The notes under the pieces were generated by a model, which made no database searches, was not told the origin of the DNA, and worked only from the letters and a program-made list of their open reading frames with translations. From the NCBI GenBank assembly GCA_964291415.2, contig OZ219920.1:160001-224000 (forward strand): DNA of 64,000 nt, given 5' to 3'. Positions 18,630 through 28,115 of this stretch are shown here, one piece after another (within the stretch, counting starts at the first letter, position 1; each line of letters begins with the position of its first letter). This DNA is from Alphaproteobacteria bacterium. Lineage in GTDB: Bacteria; Pseudomonadota; Alphaproteobacteria; SP197. The position numbers and the translations under genes were made by a program.

Positions 18630-20186
18630 TCAGGTAAAGGAGTCCGGCATGGAGAGCTTCCGGCGGGCAATCCAGTCATCGAGTTCCTCGGCGACTGCGG
18701 GATCCATGGCCGGAGCCTCATAGTCGGCGAGCATGTCCTTCCACAACTGGTTGGCGCGTCTGGCGGCATCGAGCGACCCGTCTGCCTCCCACTGCTCGAA
18801 GCTGTTGTTGTCAGCGATGGTCGAACGGTAGAAGGCGGACTGGAAATTGTTCTGGGTATGATCGCATCCCAGGAAATGACTGCCCGGTCCGACCTCGCGG
18901 ATGGCGTCCATGGCCTGTCCGTTCTCCGAAAGATCGACCCCCCGGCCCAGCACCTGCATCATGCCGATCTGGTCGGCGTCCATGACGAACTTCTCGTAGC
19001 CCGAGGCCAGGCCACCCTCGAGCCAGCCCGCGGCATGCAGCACGAAGTTGACACCCCCCAGAAGTGTGGGAAGGAGGGTTTGCGCGCTTTCGTAGGCAGC
19101 CTGGGCGTCGGGAACCTTGGACCCGCACAGCGAGCCGCCTGACCGGAAGGGGACGCCCAGGCGCCTGGCGAGTTGTGCCGAGGCGAAGAGCACCAGTGCC
19201 GGTTCCGGTGTGCCGAACGTGGGCGCTCCGGATTGCATCGAAATCGAACTGCCGAACGTGCCGAACACGACGGGCGTTCCCTTGCGCACCAGTTGGGTTG
19301 TGGCCATGCCGACGAGGGCCTCTGCCAGGATCTGCGAGACAGTTCCTGCGACGGTCACCGGACTCATCGCGCCCGACAGGATGAAGGGAGACACGACACA
19401 GGCCTGCCCCGCCGCGGCATAGACCTTGAGGGCGCCGAGCATCGTGCCGTCGAAGGTCATAGGCGAGTTGGCATTGATGAGATTGATGATGCAGCAGTGG
19501 TCGTCGACCGTTTCGCCGCCAAGAGCGATTCGCGCCAGTTCAATGGTGTCTGCCGCGCGTTCGGGCGCGGTGACCGACCCCATGAAGGGCTTGTCGGAAT
19601 ACGCGAGGTGGGCATGCACCATGTCGAGGTGGCGCTTGTTGACGGGGATGTCGACCGGCTCGCAGACCGTTCCCCCCGAGTGGTGCATGGCCGGCGTCAT
19701 GTAGGCAAGCTTCACGAAGTTGCGGAAGTCCTCGATGGTCGCGTAGCGGCGTCCGTCGTCGAGATTGTGGATGAAGGGCGGACCATAGACCGGGGCGAAC
19801 ACGGTGGCGCCGTCGCCGATCTTGACGTTGCGTTGCGGGTTGCGTGCGCGCTGGGTGAACGATGAGGGTGCGGTGGCAAGCAGGCTGCGGGCGAGGCCCC
19901 TGGGAAAGTGGAGCGTTTCGCCGTCATCGGCGACATCGGCGCCGGCGTCACGCCACATGGCGATGGTGTCGGGGTCGTCCTTGATGGCGATCCCCACCTC
20001 TTCCATGATGACTTCGGCGTTGTCTTCGATGATCTCCAGGCCCTCTTGCGAGAGCACGTCAAACACCGGGACATTGCGCTGGATGTAGGGGAGCGGTGTT
20101 GTGTCGAAACGCCGGCTGCGCAATGCCCTGCGGGCGCCGCTGCCGCCTCGTTCGCGACGCCCGCCGCGTCGCCGGTTCCCGCTCAT
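18630..20186 (-). CDS. Trimethylamine methyltransferase (MttB) family, non-pyrrolysine, glycine betaine methyltransferase-like
   Basis: APVYGPPF, EPVDIP, NANSP, SGAPTFGTPE, SKVPDAQAAYES, HAAGWLEGG; no in-frame TAG. Confidence 0.92.
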   Translation of the reverse strand: MSGNRRRGGRRERGGSGARRALRSRRFDTTPLPYIQRNVPVFDVLSQEGLEIIEDNAEVIMEEVGIAIKDDPDTIAMWRDAGADVADDGETLHFPRGLARSLLATAPSSFTQRARNPQRNVKIGDGATVFAPVYGPPFIHNLDDGRRYATIEDFRNFVKLAYMTPAMHHSGGTVCEPVDIPVNKRHLDMVHAHLAYSDKPFMGSVTAPERAADTIELARIALGGETVDDHCCIINLINANSPMTFDGTMLGALKVYAAAGQACVVSPFILSGAMSPVTVAGTVSQILAEALVGMATTQLVRKGTPVVFGTFGSSISMQSGAPTFGTPEPALVLFASAQLARRLGVPFRSGGSLCGSKVPDAQAAYESAQTLLPTLLGGVNFVLHAAGWLEGGLASGYEKFVMDADQIGMMQVLGRGVDLSENGQAMDAIREVGPGSHFLGCDHTQNNFQSAFYRSTIADNNSFEQWEADGSLDAARRANQLWKDMLADYEAPAMDPAVAEELDDWIARRKLSMPDSFT

Positions 20187-20336
20187 GAATGCCTCGCTGG
20201 AGCGTGTGGCTTGCGCCCCGGGAAGGGGCACGCATCTGTCGCACAGGCGCCCGGGCCGATCAAGGGCGGGGAATGTTCTTGCGGCGGCGAGGGCACAGTG
20301 CGTAATAGGGTTGTCACGACCTGGAGTGATCAGACG

Positions 20337-20786
20337 ATGCAGCAGCGTGCCCGTCCAGTCGGCATCAACCACATCGCCCTTGAAGTCGGCGACATCGCCG
20401 AGGCGATGGCCTTCTACCAGGGATTTCTTGACTTCGAGATTGCCAGGCAGTCTTCCGATGCCGCCTTCGTCTACTTTGGCGACCAGTTCATCAATTTCAT
20501 GACGCCCCGCAGCCAGGGCCCCGACGAGGGGAGGCACTTTGGCATCGCGGTCGACGACAAGCAGGCGGCCATCGCCAGGCTCGAGGAGATGGGCGTGGAG
20601 CTGTTGCCGGGCCGGTTCACCGATTTTCTCGACCCCTGGGGCAACCGGGTGGAACTCACCACCTACACGAACATCCAGTACACCAAGGCCGATCACGTGC
20701 TGAAGGGCATGGGTCTCGGCCATCTCGGGAAGACAGAGAGCGCCATTGCCGAACTCGCCGCCAAGGGCATGGCGCCTGAAGGCTGA
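20337..20786 (+). CDS. VOC/glyoxalase family protein
   Basis: GINHIALEV, RHFGIAV, DPWGNRVE; GGAG RBS. Confidence 0.88.
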   Translation: MQQRARPVGINHIALEVGDIAEAMAFYQGFLDFEIARQSSDAAFVYFGDQFINFMTPRSQGPDEGRHFGIAVDDKQAAIARLEEMGVELLPGRFTDFLDPWGNRVELTTYTNIQYTKADHVLKGMGLGHLGKTESAIAELAAKGMAPEG

Positions 20787-20813
20787 CCAGCTGCTTCGAA
20801 GGGAAAGAGGACG

Positions 20814-23249
20814 ATGAAATCCCACGCACGTGTGGTCGTGATCGGCGGCGGTGTCGTCGGCGCCGCCACGCTCTATCACCTCGCAAGGAAAGGCTGGAGC
20901 GACGTCGTGCTCGTCGAGCGCCGAGAGCTGACCTCCGGTTCGACCTGGCATGCAGCGGGCCTGCTGCCGCTCTTCAACATGAGCTACTCGGTGGGCCAGG
21001 TCCACAAGTACTCGGTCCGCTTCTACCAGGAACTCCAGGAAGAGACCGGGATGGATGTCGGTTTTCGCAAGGTCTCCAACATTCGTCTCGCCATGAACCG
21101 GGACCGCATGGACGAGTACCACCAGTACGCCGGTGTCGCAGAGACCATCGGTGTCGAGGTGAAATTCCTGTCGCCTGAGGAGGTCGGGGAGATCTGGCCG
21201 CTGTGCAACACCGAAGGTCTTGTCGGCGCCATCCAGCATCCCGAGGACGGTTACATCCAGCCGGCCGATCTCACTCAGGCGTTCGCGACCGGGGCCCGCA
21301 ACCGTGGCGCCGATATCCATCGCAACTGCACCGTGACGGCCCTTGAACGCAACCGGTCCGGCGAGTGGTGCGTCACCACGGACCACGGGTCCATCACCTG
21401 CGAACACGTGGTCAGTGCCTCTGGAAGTTTCGCCCGCCAGGTCGGCGCCATGGCCGGTCTCGAGGTGCCGGTCATTCCGGTGGAGCACCAGTACATCGTC
21501 ACGGAACCTCATGCGGACCTCCAGCAGCGCCAGGCCGACGGTCTGCCCGAGCTGGGAGTGCTGCGGGAGTCGGATGGTTCCTGGTACATGCGCGAGGAGA
21601 GGGCGGGGTTCATTCTCGGGCCCTACGAGATCGGGGCTCCGGCGTGCTACGTCGATGGTCCGGCCGATGACATGGAGTACGAGCTCTTCCAGGAGGACCT
21701 TGACCGCCTGGCGCCGCACATCGAATCGGCGATCAACCGGGTGCCGGCCTTTGGCGAGGTTGGCGTCAAGCAGGTCTACAACGGGGCCATCTGCTACACG
21801 CCCGACGGCTCACCGATCATCGGACCGGCCTGGGGTGTCGAGAACTTCTGGCTCAACGAGGGTCACAGCTTCGGCATCACGGCCGCCGGCGGAGCAGGCT
21901 GGCAGCTCGCCGAGTGGATCGTCGACGGCGAGCCGACCATCGACATGCTGGGCGTCGACCCGCGCCGCTTTGGCGACTACGCCACACACTCCTACCTGGT
22001 GGCGAAGAACGAGGAAGCCTATGCCAACGTGTTCACCATCCACTATCCGGATGAAGAACGGCCGGCAGCCCGCCCGCTGCGCCAGGCGCCCTCCTATGAC
22101 CGTCTGAAGGAGCTTGGCGCCGTGTTCGGCCAGAAGTTCGGCTGGGAACGGGCCAACTGGTTTGCTCCCTCCGGCATGGCGCAGGAGGACCACTGGTCCT
22201 TCCGTCGCTCGCGCTGGTTCGAACCGGTCGGCAACGAGGTGGAGAACGTCCACAACAATGTAGGCGTCCTCGACATGACGGCCTTCGCCAAGTGCCGGAT
22301 CGCCGGACCGGGTGCGGAAGAATTCCTTGAGGGCATGATTGCCAACCGGTTGCCCCGGAGCATTGGCAGGGTGGGTCTCGTCCACGCGCTCACCGATCGC
22401 GGCGGGGTCCACTCCGAGTTCACGGTGTTTCGGGAGTCACAGGAGAGCTTCTACGTCGTTTCCGCCGGCGCCCTGCAGCGCCTCGATCACGACTGGCTCA
22501 CCAGGCACATGCCGTCCGACGGGTCCGTCACATTCACCAACATCACCAACCAGATGGGGGTTCTGGTGGTTGCCGGCCCGCGTTCGCGGGATCTGCTTTC
22601 GGGCCTGACCCGCGACGATCTCTCGAATGAGCGCTTTCGCTGGCTCTCCGGGCGCTGGATCGATGTCGGCCTGGCGCCGGCACTTGCCCTGCGCATGAAC
22701 TTCGTCGGTGAACTGGGATGGGAACTGCATCACCCGATCGAGTACCAGAACCACATCTTCGATGCCCTCATGACCGCAGGCGCCGATCTTGGACTGAGGC
22801 CTTTCGGTATCCGGGCCATGGAGGCGATGCGGATCGAGAAGTCGTACCGCATGGTGGGTCAGGAGCTCTCCATCGAATATGCGGCCCTGGAGAGCGGCCT
22901 CGATCGCTTTGTGCGTCTCGACAAGAACGACTTCAAGGGACGCGCCGGGCTGGTGGCGTGGCAGGAACGCGGGTTCGCCAACCGTTTCGTCACCATGGTG
23001 GTGCACGATGTCGACGATGCCGATGCCCTTGGCAACAATCCTGTTCGCCGCGACGGCGAACTCGTTGGCCGGGCCACATCGGGTGGCTACGGATTCCGGC
23101 TCGGCCAGTCCCTGGCACTGGCCATGGTGCATCCCGATGCCGGTGAACCGGGAACCGAACTGACCATCGACATCCTCGGCCGCACCTTCCAGGCCACCGT
23201 CTGCGCAGAATCGCCTTTCGATCCGGACAACGAACGGCTCCGGTCCTGA
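20814..23249 (+). CDS. Dimethylglycine/sarcosine dehydrogenase (FAD + GcvT domain)
   Basis: VVVIGGGVVG, LTSGSTWHAAG (flavinylated His motif), YTPDG, GWERANWF, GELGWELH. Confidence 0.93.
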   Translation: MKSHARVVVIGGGVVGAATLYHLARKGWSDVVLVERRELTSGSTWHAAGLLPLFNMSYSVGQVHKYSVRFYQELQEETGMDVGFRKVSNIRLAMNRDRMDEYHQYAGVAETIGVEVKFLSPEEVGEIWPLCNTEGLVGAIQHPEDGYIQPADLTQAFATGARNRGADIHRNCTVTALERNRSGEWCVTTDHGSITCEHVVSASGSFARQVGAMAGLEVPVIPVEHQYIVTEPHADLQQRQADGLPELGVLRESDGSWYMREERAGFILGPYEIGAPACYVDGPADDMEYELFQEDLDRLAPHIESAINRVPAFGEVGVKQVYNGAICYTPDGSPIIGPAWGVENFWLNEGHSFGITAAGGAGWQLAEWIVDGEPTIDMLGVDPRRFGDYATHSYLVAKNEEAYANVFTIHYPDEERPAARPLRQAPSYDRLKELGAVFGQKFGWERANWFAPSGMAQEDHWSFRRSRWFEPVGNEVENVHNNVGVLDMTAFAKCRIAGPGAEEFLEGMIANRLPRSIGRVGLVHALTDRGGVHSEFTVFRESQESFYVVSAGALQRLDHDWLTRHMPSDGSVTFTNITNQMGVLVVAGPRSRDLLSGLTRDDLSNERFRWLSGRWIDVGLAPALALRMNFVGELGWELHHPIEYQNHIFDALMTAGADLGLRPFGIRAMEAMRIEKSYRMVGQELSIEYAALESGLDRFVRLDKNDFKGRAGLVAWQERGFANRFVTMVVHDVDDADALGNNPVRRDGELVGRATSGGYGFRLGQSLALAMVHPDAGEPGTELTIDILGRTFQATVCAESPFDPDNERLRS

Positions 23250-23397
23250 CCAAGGGGGCCATGGCGGTGGAATGCTGAAGAGCGGCCGACCAGACGCCGG
23301 CAGCTGATATCGGGGGAGGGATGCCACGAACCTGAACATGTTCGGCAGGCGACCTGGCGGGCCACAACATCCGTGCACATCAATCAGGGAGACAACG

Positions 23398-24234
23398 ATG
23401 GATCGCGACACGACCCCGGAGGCGTCGACACCCTCCTACACCATGGGCTACGGCCCGGAATTCCGGAAGATGCTGGAGCGCAGGAATGCGGCCGTAACCG
23501 CCGCCTATCTGCTGCCTCGACTTCGACACGGCATGCGTCTTCTCGATCTGGGCTGTGGCCCCGGCACAATATCGGTCGGTCTGGCGGAGGCGGTGAACCC
23601 TGGTGAATTGCACGGCATCGACATGGAGGAGAGCCAGATTGACATGGCGCGTGAAGCCGCACGCGCAGGCGGACACGAGAACGCGTTCTTCCAGGCGGGC
23701 GACGCGACCGATCTTCCCTTCGAGGATGCTTCGTTCGACGTCGTTCACTGCCACGCATTGCTCAACCATGCGCCCGGCACCCAGGCAGTGCTGGCCGAGA
23801 TCATGCGGGTGCTGAAGCCCGGAGGCCTGGTTGCCGCGCGCGAGGTGGTTGGCGACTCCTCGTTTGTCGAGCCCGGGCACTATCTCGGCAACGAGGACGG
23901 CGCGTGGGAGACGTTCCTCAAGCTTCTCGCCGCCAACGGCGGCCATCCGCAGATGGGCAAGGAACTGAAGCGCGCGTTCGCCGACGCCGGGTTCGTGGAT
24001 ATCCATGCGACCGCCTCCTTCGAAACCTTCACGTCGGCCGAGGATCTCGCCTTTCTTCGCGACTTGATCATCGGCTGGTTCTTCGCGCCGGAGACGATGG
24101 GAGCCGCCATCAAGTTCGGCCTTGCGACACAGGATGCGTTCGATGGCTGGCGTGACGGGCTCGATCGGTGGATGACGGAGCCAGGCGCATTCGCTGCCTT
24201 TGCCTGGGGCGAGGCGATCGGGCGCAAGCCGTGA
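23398..24234 (+). CDS. Class I SAM-dependent methyltransferase
   Basis: LLDLGCGPG, LPFEDASFDVV, RVLKPGG. Confidence 0.9.
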   Translation: MDRDTTPEASTPSYTMGYGPEFRKMLERRNAAVTAAYLLPRLRHGMRLLDLGCGPGTISVGLAEAVNPGELHGIDMEESQIDMAREAARAGGHENAFFQAGDATDLPFEDASFDVVHCHALLNHAPGTQAVLAEIMRVLKPGGLVAAREVVGDSSFVEPGHYLGNEDGAWETFLKLLAANGGHPQMGKELKRAFADAGFVDIHATASFETFTSAEDLAFLRDLIIGWFFAPETMGAAIKFGLATQDAFDGWRDGLDRWMTEPGAFAAFAWGEAIGRKP

Positions 24235-24337
24235 CAGCCGTCATGCCTGCCTCAGGGATCTGGCGGCGGAACGGATCGAGGTCCGCATCAAGACAATCGC
24301 GATTCCAGGAGTGAACGGGTTTCACCAGGGATAGGCA

Positions 24338-24516
24338 ATCACGGAAACGGTCATCCAGGTGCCAGCCTCGCCAGGACCCTCTTCATGGGGTCAGGATGGA
24401 CCCATGTCGGGACCACACCGTGGCGCGGGCGCCACGAACTCCTCGGGAAACACAGTCTGCCCGACACGGACATCTGGCTGAGTCCCCTTCGCATGGACTG
24501 GAAACGCGTGATCCAT
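24338..24516 (+). pseudogene. C-terminal fragment of a DUF4338 (DruA-like, IS-associated) gene
   Basis: TLFMGSGWTHVGTTPWRGRH...DIWLSPLRMDWKRVI resembles the family tail (A/S)SGWxHVGxTxGRGR...KDIWxxPLRxDW; no N-terminus. Confidence 0.7.
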
Positions 24517-24608
24517 CCATGCACGTCACGGCGTGTCCGACTGGATAAACCGGCCTCCTTGTCCGGATCCCGTCCTGCCGGCCACCACCAAGGGCGCCGG
24601 CGAGAGCC

Positions 24609-25439
24609 TCACAGGGGGCCCACGACCTCGCTGCGTTGCGCGCCCAGCCCCTCGACTTCCAGGTGCAGGCGGTCGCCTGGCTGCAGGTAGACCGGCGGCC
24701 GGCGTCCCATGCCGACGCCCGCCGGTGTGCCGGTCAACATGACATCGCCGGGCTCGAGGGACATGAAACGGCTCACGAAATGCACCAGGTGGGCCACGGG
24801 AAAGATCATGTCGGCGGTTGTGCCGTCCTGCATGCGCTGACCGTTCACGTCCAGTGTGAGACGCAGATTCTGCGGGTCGGCGATCTCGTCGGCGGTGACA
24901 AGCCAGGGCCCCAGAGGGCACCACGTGTCGCCGGACTTGCCGAGCACCCACTGGCCGCTGCCCTTGGCCTGGAACTTGCGTTCGGAAACATCGTTCGCAA
25001 CGCAGTATCCGGCGACGTGGTCGAGCGCTGCGGCTTCGGAAACTTCGTATGCGCGCCTGCCGATGACGACAGCCAGTTCCACCTCCCAGTCGCAGTGACG
25101 GCTGTCGCGCAGCATGCGGATCGGATCATCCGGACCGTTCAGCGACGTCGTCGGCTTGAAGAAGACAATGGGTTCCACCGGCTTCTCGAGTCCCGCCTCG
25201 GCAGCGTGGTCGGCGTAGTTCAGTCCGATGCAGACAATCTTGCCGGTACCGGAGAGTGGCACTCCGAAGCGCGCCTTGCCGTCCACGAGAGGCAGCGCCT
25301 CGGCGTCGATGTCGCCCAAGCCTGACAGTGCGGCAGCATCGAGATCATCGAGTTCATGACCAAGATCCCTCAATCGTCCTTCGCCGTCGATCAGTCCCGG
25401 CCGTTCGCGGCCCGCTTCACCAAAGCGCACGAGTTTCAT
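24609..25439 (-). CDS. Fumarylacetoacetate hydrolase family protein
   Basis: KIVCIGLNYADH, DWEVEL, NDVSER, GKSGDT, PGDVMLTGTPAGVG. Confidence 0.93.
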   Translation of the reverse strand: MKLVRFGEAGRERPGLIDGEGRLRDLGHELDDLDAAALSGLGDIDAEALPLVDGKARFGVPLSGTGKIVCIGLNYADHAAEAGLEKPVEPIVFFKPTTSLNGPDDPIRMLRDSRHCDWEVELAVVIGRRAYEVSEAAALDHVAGYCVANDVSERKFQAKGSGQWVLGKSGDTWCPLGPWLVTADEIADPQNLRLTLDVNGQRMQDGTTADMIFPVAHLVHFVSRFMSLEPGDVMLTGTPAGVGMGRRPPVYLQPGDRLHLEVEGLGAQRSEVVGPL

Positions 25440-25617
25440 CGATCATGTTCCGTTCTGAAGATCCGTGATCAGGATAGGATCGAATGATGCGTCGACCAAC
25501 GTGATTGTTGCCGGTGTCAACACGATTCGATGCCGAGGGAAACCGTCTGGCGGGGGGCCCCGGTCTTCCCACCGGTCACGAATTGCATGACCACGTCCAG
25601 AAGCGCGGCCGGCGATG

Positions 25618-25649
25618 CGACGGGACCCCTCGGGACAATGGTCCCGTCG
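25618..25649 (-). terminator. Hairpin downstream of malonyl-CoA decarboxylase
   Basis: CGACGGGACC-N12-GGTCCCGTCG, 10-bp stem 4 bp past the stop; no clear U-tract. Confidence 0.45.
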
Positions 25650-25653
25650 ACCG

Positions 25654-27042
25654 CTATCTGATGAGACGCCGGATCTCGGCGGAAGCCGGGATCCTGCCCG
25701 TCTTGACGTATCCCTCGTGATTTCGCTCGATTGTCTTGAGGTCGTACAGGTAGTTGACCATCAGTCCGGCAGACTCCGACAGTCCCTTGTGGGACAGGTC
25801 GCCGAGCCAGTTGATCCTCTCGAGACGTGCACCGTTTCGCAGGTGGAAGCGGGCGACCGGATCCAGGGGGCGACCGTCGGACCCGGCCTTCAGGAGATAG
25901 CGAGCGCACAGACGCATCAGCGGCTTGCGTACGCGCTCCGCGACCTCACTGTCTCGGTGCCAGTCCGGCGTCGAGATGTGTGCCAGCGCCTCCGCTTCGT
26001 CGGCGGGGATCGTTGAATCCGCGTCGTGGCCGAGGGTCGCAAGCCAGGAGCGCAGTCGGGGTATGGGCGAGAGTGTGGCGAAGGCCTTGAGGTTCGGCAT
26101 CTCGCGGGCGAGTTCGACCACGACCTGCTTGATGAGGAAGTTTCCGAACGAAATTCCCACGAGTCCGGCCTGGCAGTTGTTGATCGCATAGAAGATCGCG
26201 GTATCCGCCTCTCGCGGGTCGAAGACTTCGCCGCCGTCGGCAAGCAACGGCTGCACGGCGCTTGCCATGCCGCGGGTCAGTGCCACCTCCACGAAGATCA
26301 GCGGCTCATCTGCGAGCGCCGGGTGAAAGAACGCAAAGCACCGCCTGTCGTCGGCGAGTCGGCGTCGGAGCTCGTCCCATCCCGTCATCGCGTGGACGCT
26401 TTCGTAGGCCATGATCTTCTGCAGCAGCGCAGCGGAGCTCTCCCATTGAATCTGCCTGAGATGGAGGAAACCACGGTTGAACCAGGAAGCGAGCAGGTGC
26501 ACGAGATCCGCATCGACAGCCTTGAGCGACGAATCGTCAGGCAACAGCTGAAGAAGGTCCCCGCGCATGGCCACGATGGTCGCCGTGCCCTCGGGAGCCA
26601 TGTTGATGCGGCGGAACAACTCCTGTCTTGGCGACTCGATCGCCGTGGTCAGTTCCATGAGTGTCTCGAAGCCGGGAGCCGCCTTGTAGGCGTCGCCGGC
26701 CGCATGGATCGCATCCGGGGCGGGCCCGTAATGGGCGGCGAGCATTGAGAAGAAGGCGCGTTTCTCCGCACGCGTCATCGCGCGATACGCGTCGGTGACG
26801 TCGCGGGCGAGCGCCGTGCCCGACGCTTCGCCTCGCGTCGACAGCAGTGCTTCGCAGAGCGGGTGCGGCGACTGCCTGTGCGGTCTCGTCGCAGGCGTGC
26901 CGCGCCGCAGCAGTTCGCGGCCTGCATCCGCGACCGAGTGCAGGACCTGATTCAGGCGTGACGTCCCCATGCCTGCCGAAACTCCCGTAGCGACCCGAAC
27001 GTAGCCGTCCGCCAACAACCGGGCAATCGGCCGCAGCGCCAT
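25654..27042 (-). CDS. Malonyl-CoA decarboxylase
   Basis: YESVH, RRCFAFFHP, EPLIFVEVALT, GISFGNFLIKQV, FATLSPIP, DPVARFHLRNGA, GLMVNYLY. True start may be 26970. Confidence 0.93.
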   Translation of the reverse strand: MALRPIARLLADGYVRVATGVSAGMGTSRLNQVLHSVADAGRELLRRGTPATRPHRQSPHPLCEALLSTRGEASGTALARDVTDAYRAMTRAEKRAFFSMLAAHYGPAPDAIHAAGDAYKAAPGFETLMELTTAIESPRQELFRRINMAPEGTATIVAMRGDLLQLLPDDSSLKAVDADLVHLLASWFNRGFLHLRQIQWESSAALLQKIMAYESVHAMTGWDELRRRLADDRRCFAFFHPALADEPLIFVEVALTRGMASAVQPLLADGGEVFDPREADTAIFYAINNCQAGLVGISFGNFLIKQVVVELAREMPNLKAFATLSPIPRLRSWLATLGHDADSTIPADEAEALAHISTPDWHRDSEVAERVRKPLMRLCARYLLKAGSDGRPLDPVARFHLRNGARLERINWLGDLSHKGLSESAGLMVNYLYDLKTIERNHEGYVKTGRIPASAEIRRLIR

Positions 27043-27189
27043 TCACAGTGTGCAGGAAGCGTGTTCCGGGTGATTCACGAGAATGAGCCGGTATTCGAAG
27101 GCGTGTTGCGCGCGAGCCGCCATTGACTCCGTCACCCTCCCTGAGTGGGCTCATGCAGCGCGTCGGAAGTGTTGCATTTGATCAATGTA

Positions 27190-27207
27190 TGACCTAAATG
27201 TTGGTCA
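27190..27207. promoter_or_regulatory. Putative TA operator
   Basis: TGACC-N8-GGTCA inverted repeat in AT-rich DNA 20 bp upstream of the antitoxin ATG. Confidence 0.55.
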
Positions 27208-27227
27208 CTTTAGGCGAGTTTCGTCTC

Positions 27228-27464
27228 ATGCAGATCGCAGTCGCAGAAGCCAAGGCCCACTTCGCCGAGTTGATTCGCCGTGCCGAAGCTGGTGAGGCGA
27301 TTGAACTGACTCGCTACGGGCGGCCCGTGGCGCGAATCGTTGCGGTCGAATGCGCACCCTCGGGACCACTGATCGGCGCGCTGAAGGGGCAATTCACGGT
27401 TCCTGAGGACTTTTTCGAAGGGGATGCCGAAATCGGGGAGATGTTCGGTTCTCGCGAGGTCTGA
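27228..27464 (+). CDS. Phd/YefM family antitoxin
   Basis: EAKAHFAELIRRAEAGEAIELTRYGRPVARIV; abuts the toxin gene. Confidence 0.92.
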   Translation: MQIAVAEAKAHFAELIRRAEAGEAIELTRYGRPVARIVAVECAPSGPLIGALKGQFTVPEDFFEGDAEIGEMFGSREV

Positions 27465-27833
27465 GTGAAGCTCCTTCTCGACACACATGTTCTGCTCTGG
27501 GCTCTGGCCGACGATCAGCGCCTGACGTCCGCGCAGGCCAGCGCAATCGGCCGGGGAAACCTCTACCTTTCGGCGGCCAGCATTTGGGAGGTCGCGATCA
27601 AGCGTAGGCTTGGCAAGCTGGTTGTGCCCGAGAATTTCGCGGATGTCGCTGTCGATGCCGGCTGCCGTCCGCTTCCGATCAGCTGGGCGCATGCCGATGC
27701 GGCTGCGGCGTTGCCAGCGCATCATGCAGATCCGTTCGATCGGATGCTGATTGCCCAGGCACAGATTGAAGGTCTGACGGTCCTGAGTTCGGATTCCCGT
27801 TTCAAGGCCTATGACATCGACTTGATTGATTAG
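27465..27833 (+). CDS. vapC: VapC/PIN-domain toxin
   Basis: LLLDTHVLLW, SAASIWE, HHADPFDRMLIAQA, SSD. Confidence 0.93.
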   Translation: MKLLLDTHVLLWALADDQRLTSAQASAIGRGNLYLSAASIWEVAIKRRLGKLVVPENFADVAVDAGCRPLPISWAHADAAAALPAHHADPFDRMLIAQAQIEGLTVLSSDSRFKAYDIDLID

Positions 27834-28115
27834 GGGACTGCGTTCACCGGTTGACAGAATTCAGGCGACGGCCGTAGCGCCGGTACTCCGCAAGGCGCGG
27901 AGAACTCGCTGGGAAATGAGGAACAAGCCACTCCCCACGCGGACGACAACGTCCGCACGCTGTTGGCCAGAGACTTCGGGCAGGTCGATCAGCAGGAACT
28001 CGGGCAGCGTCCGGATATCCCTGTGCCGGTGGCATGCGTTCTTCCGTCATGGCGCCTTCCAATGGCGGAATCCGGTCCGGAAATGACAGGTCCCTTGTGC
28101 CCGGGTCGTTGGCAT

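Noticed and set aside
18630-21719. 1029-aa ORF suggesting a giant MttB fusion
   Set aside because: The N-terminal half is the antisense of the VOC and DMG dehydrogenase genes; MttB similarity begins near ATG 20186.
24338-24516. Druantia anti-phage system
   Set aside because: Only a ~55-codon fragment; no druE helicase or other dru genes.
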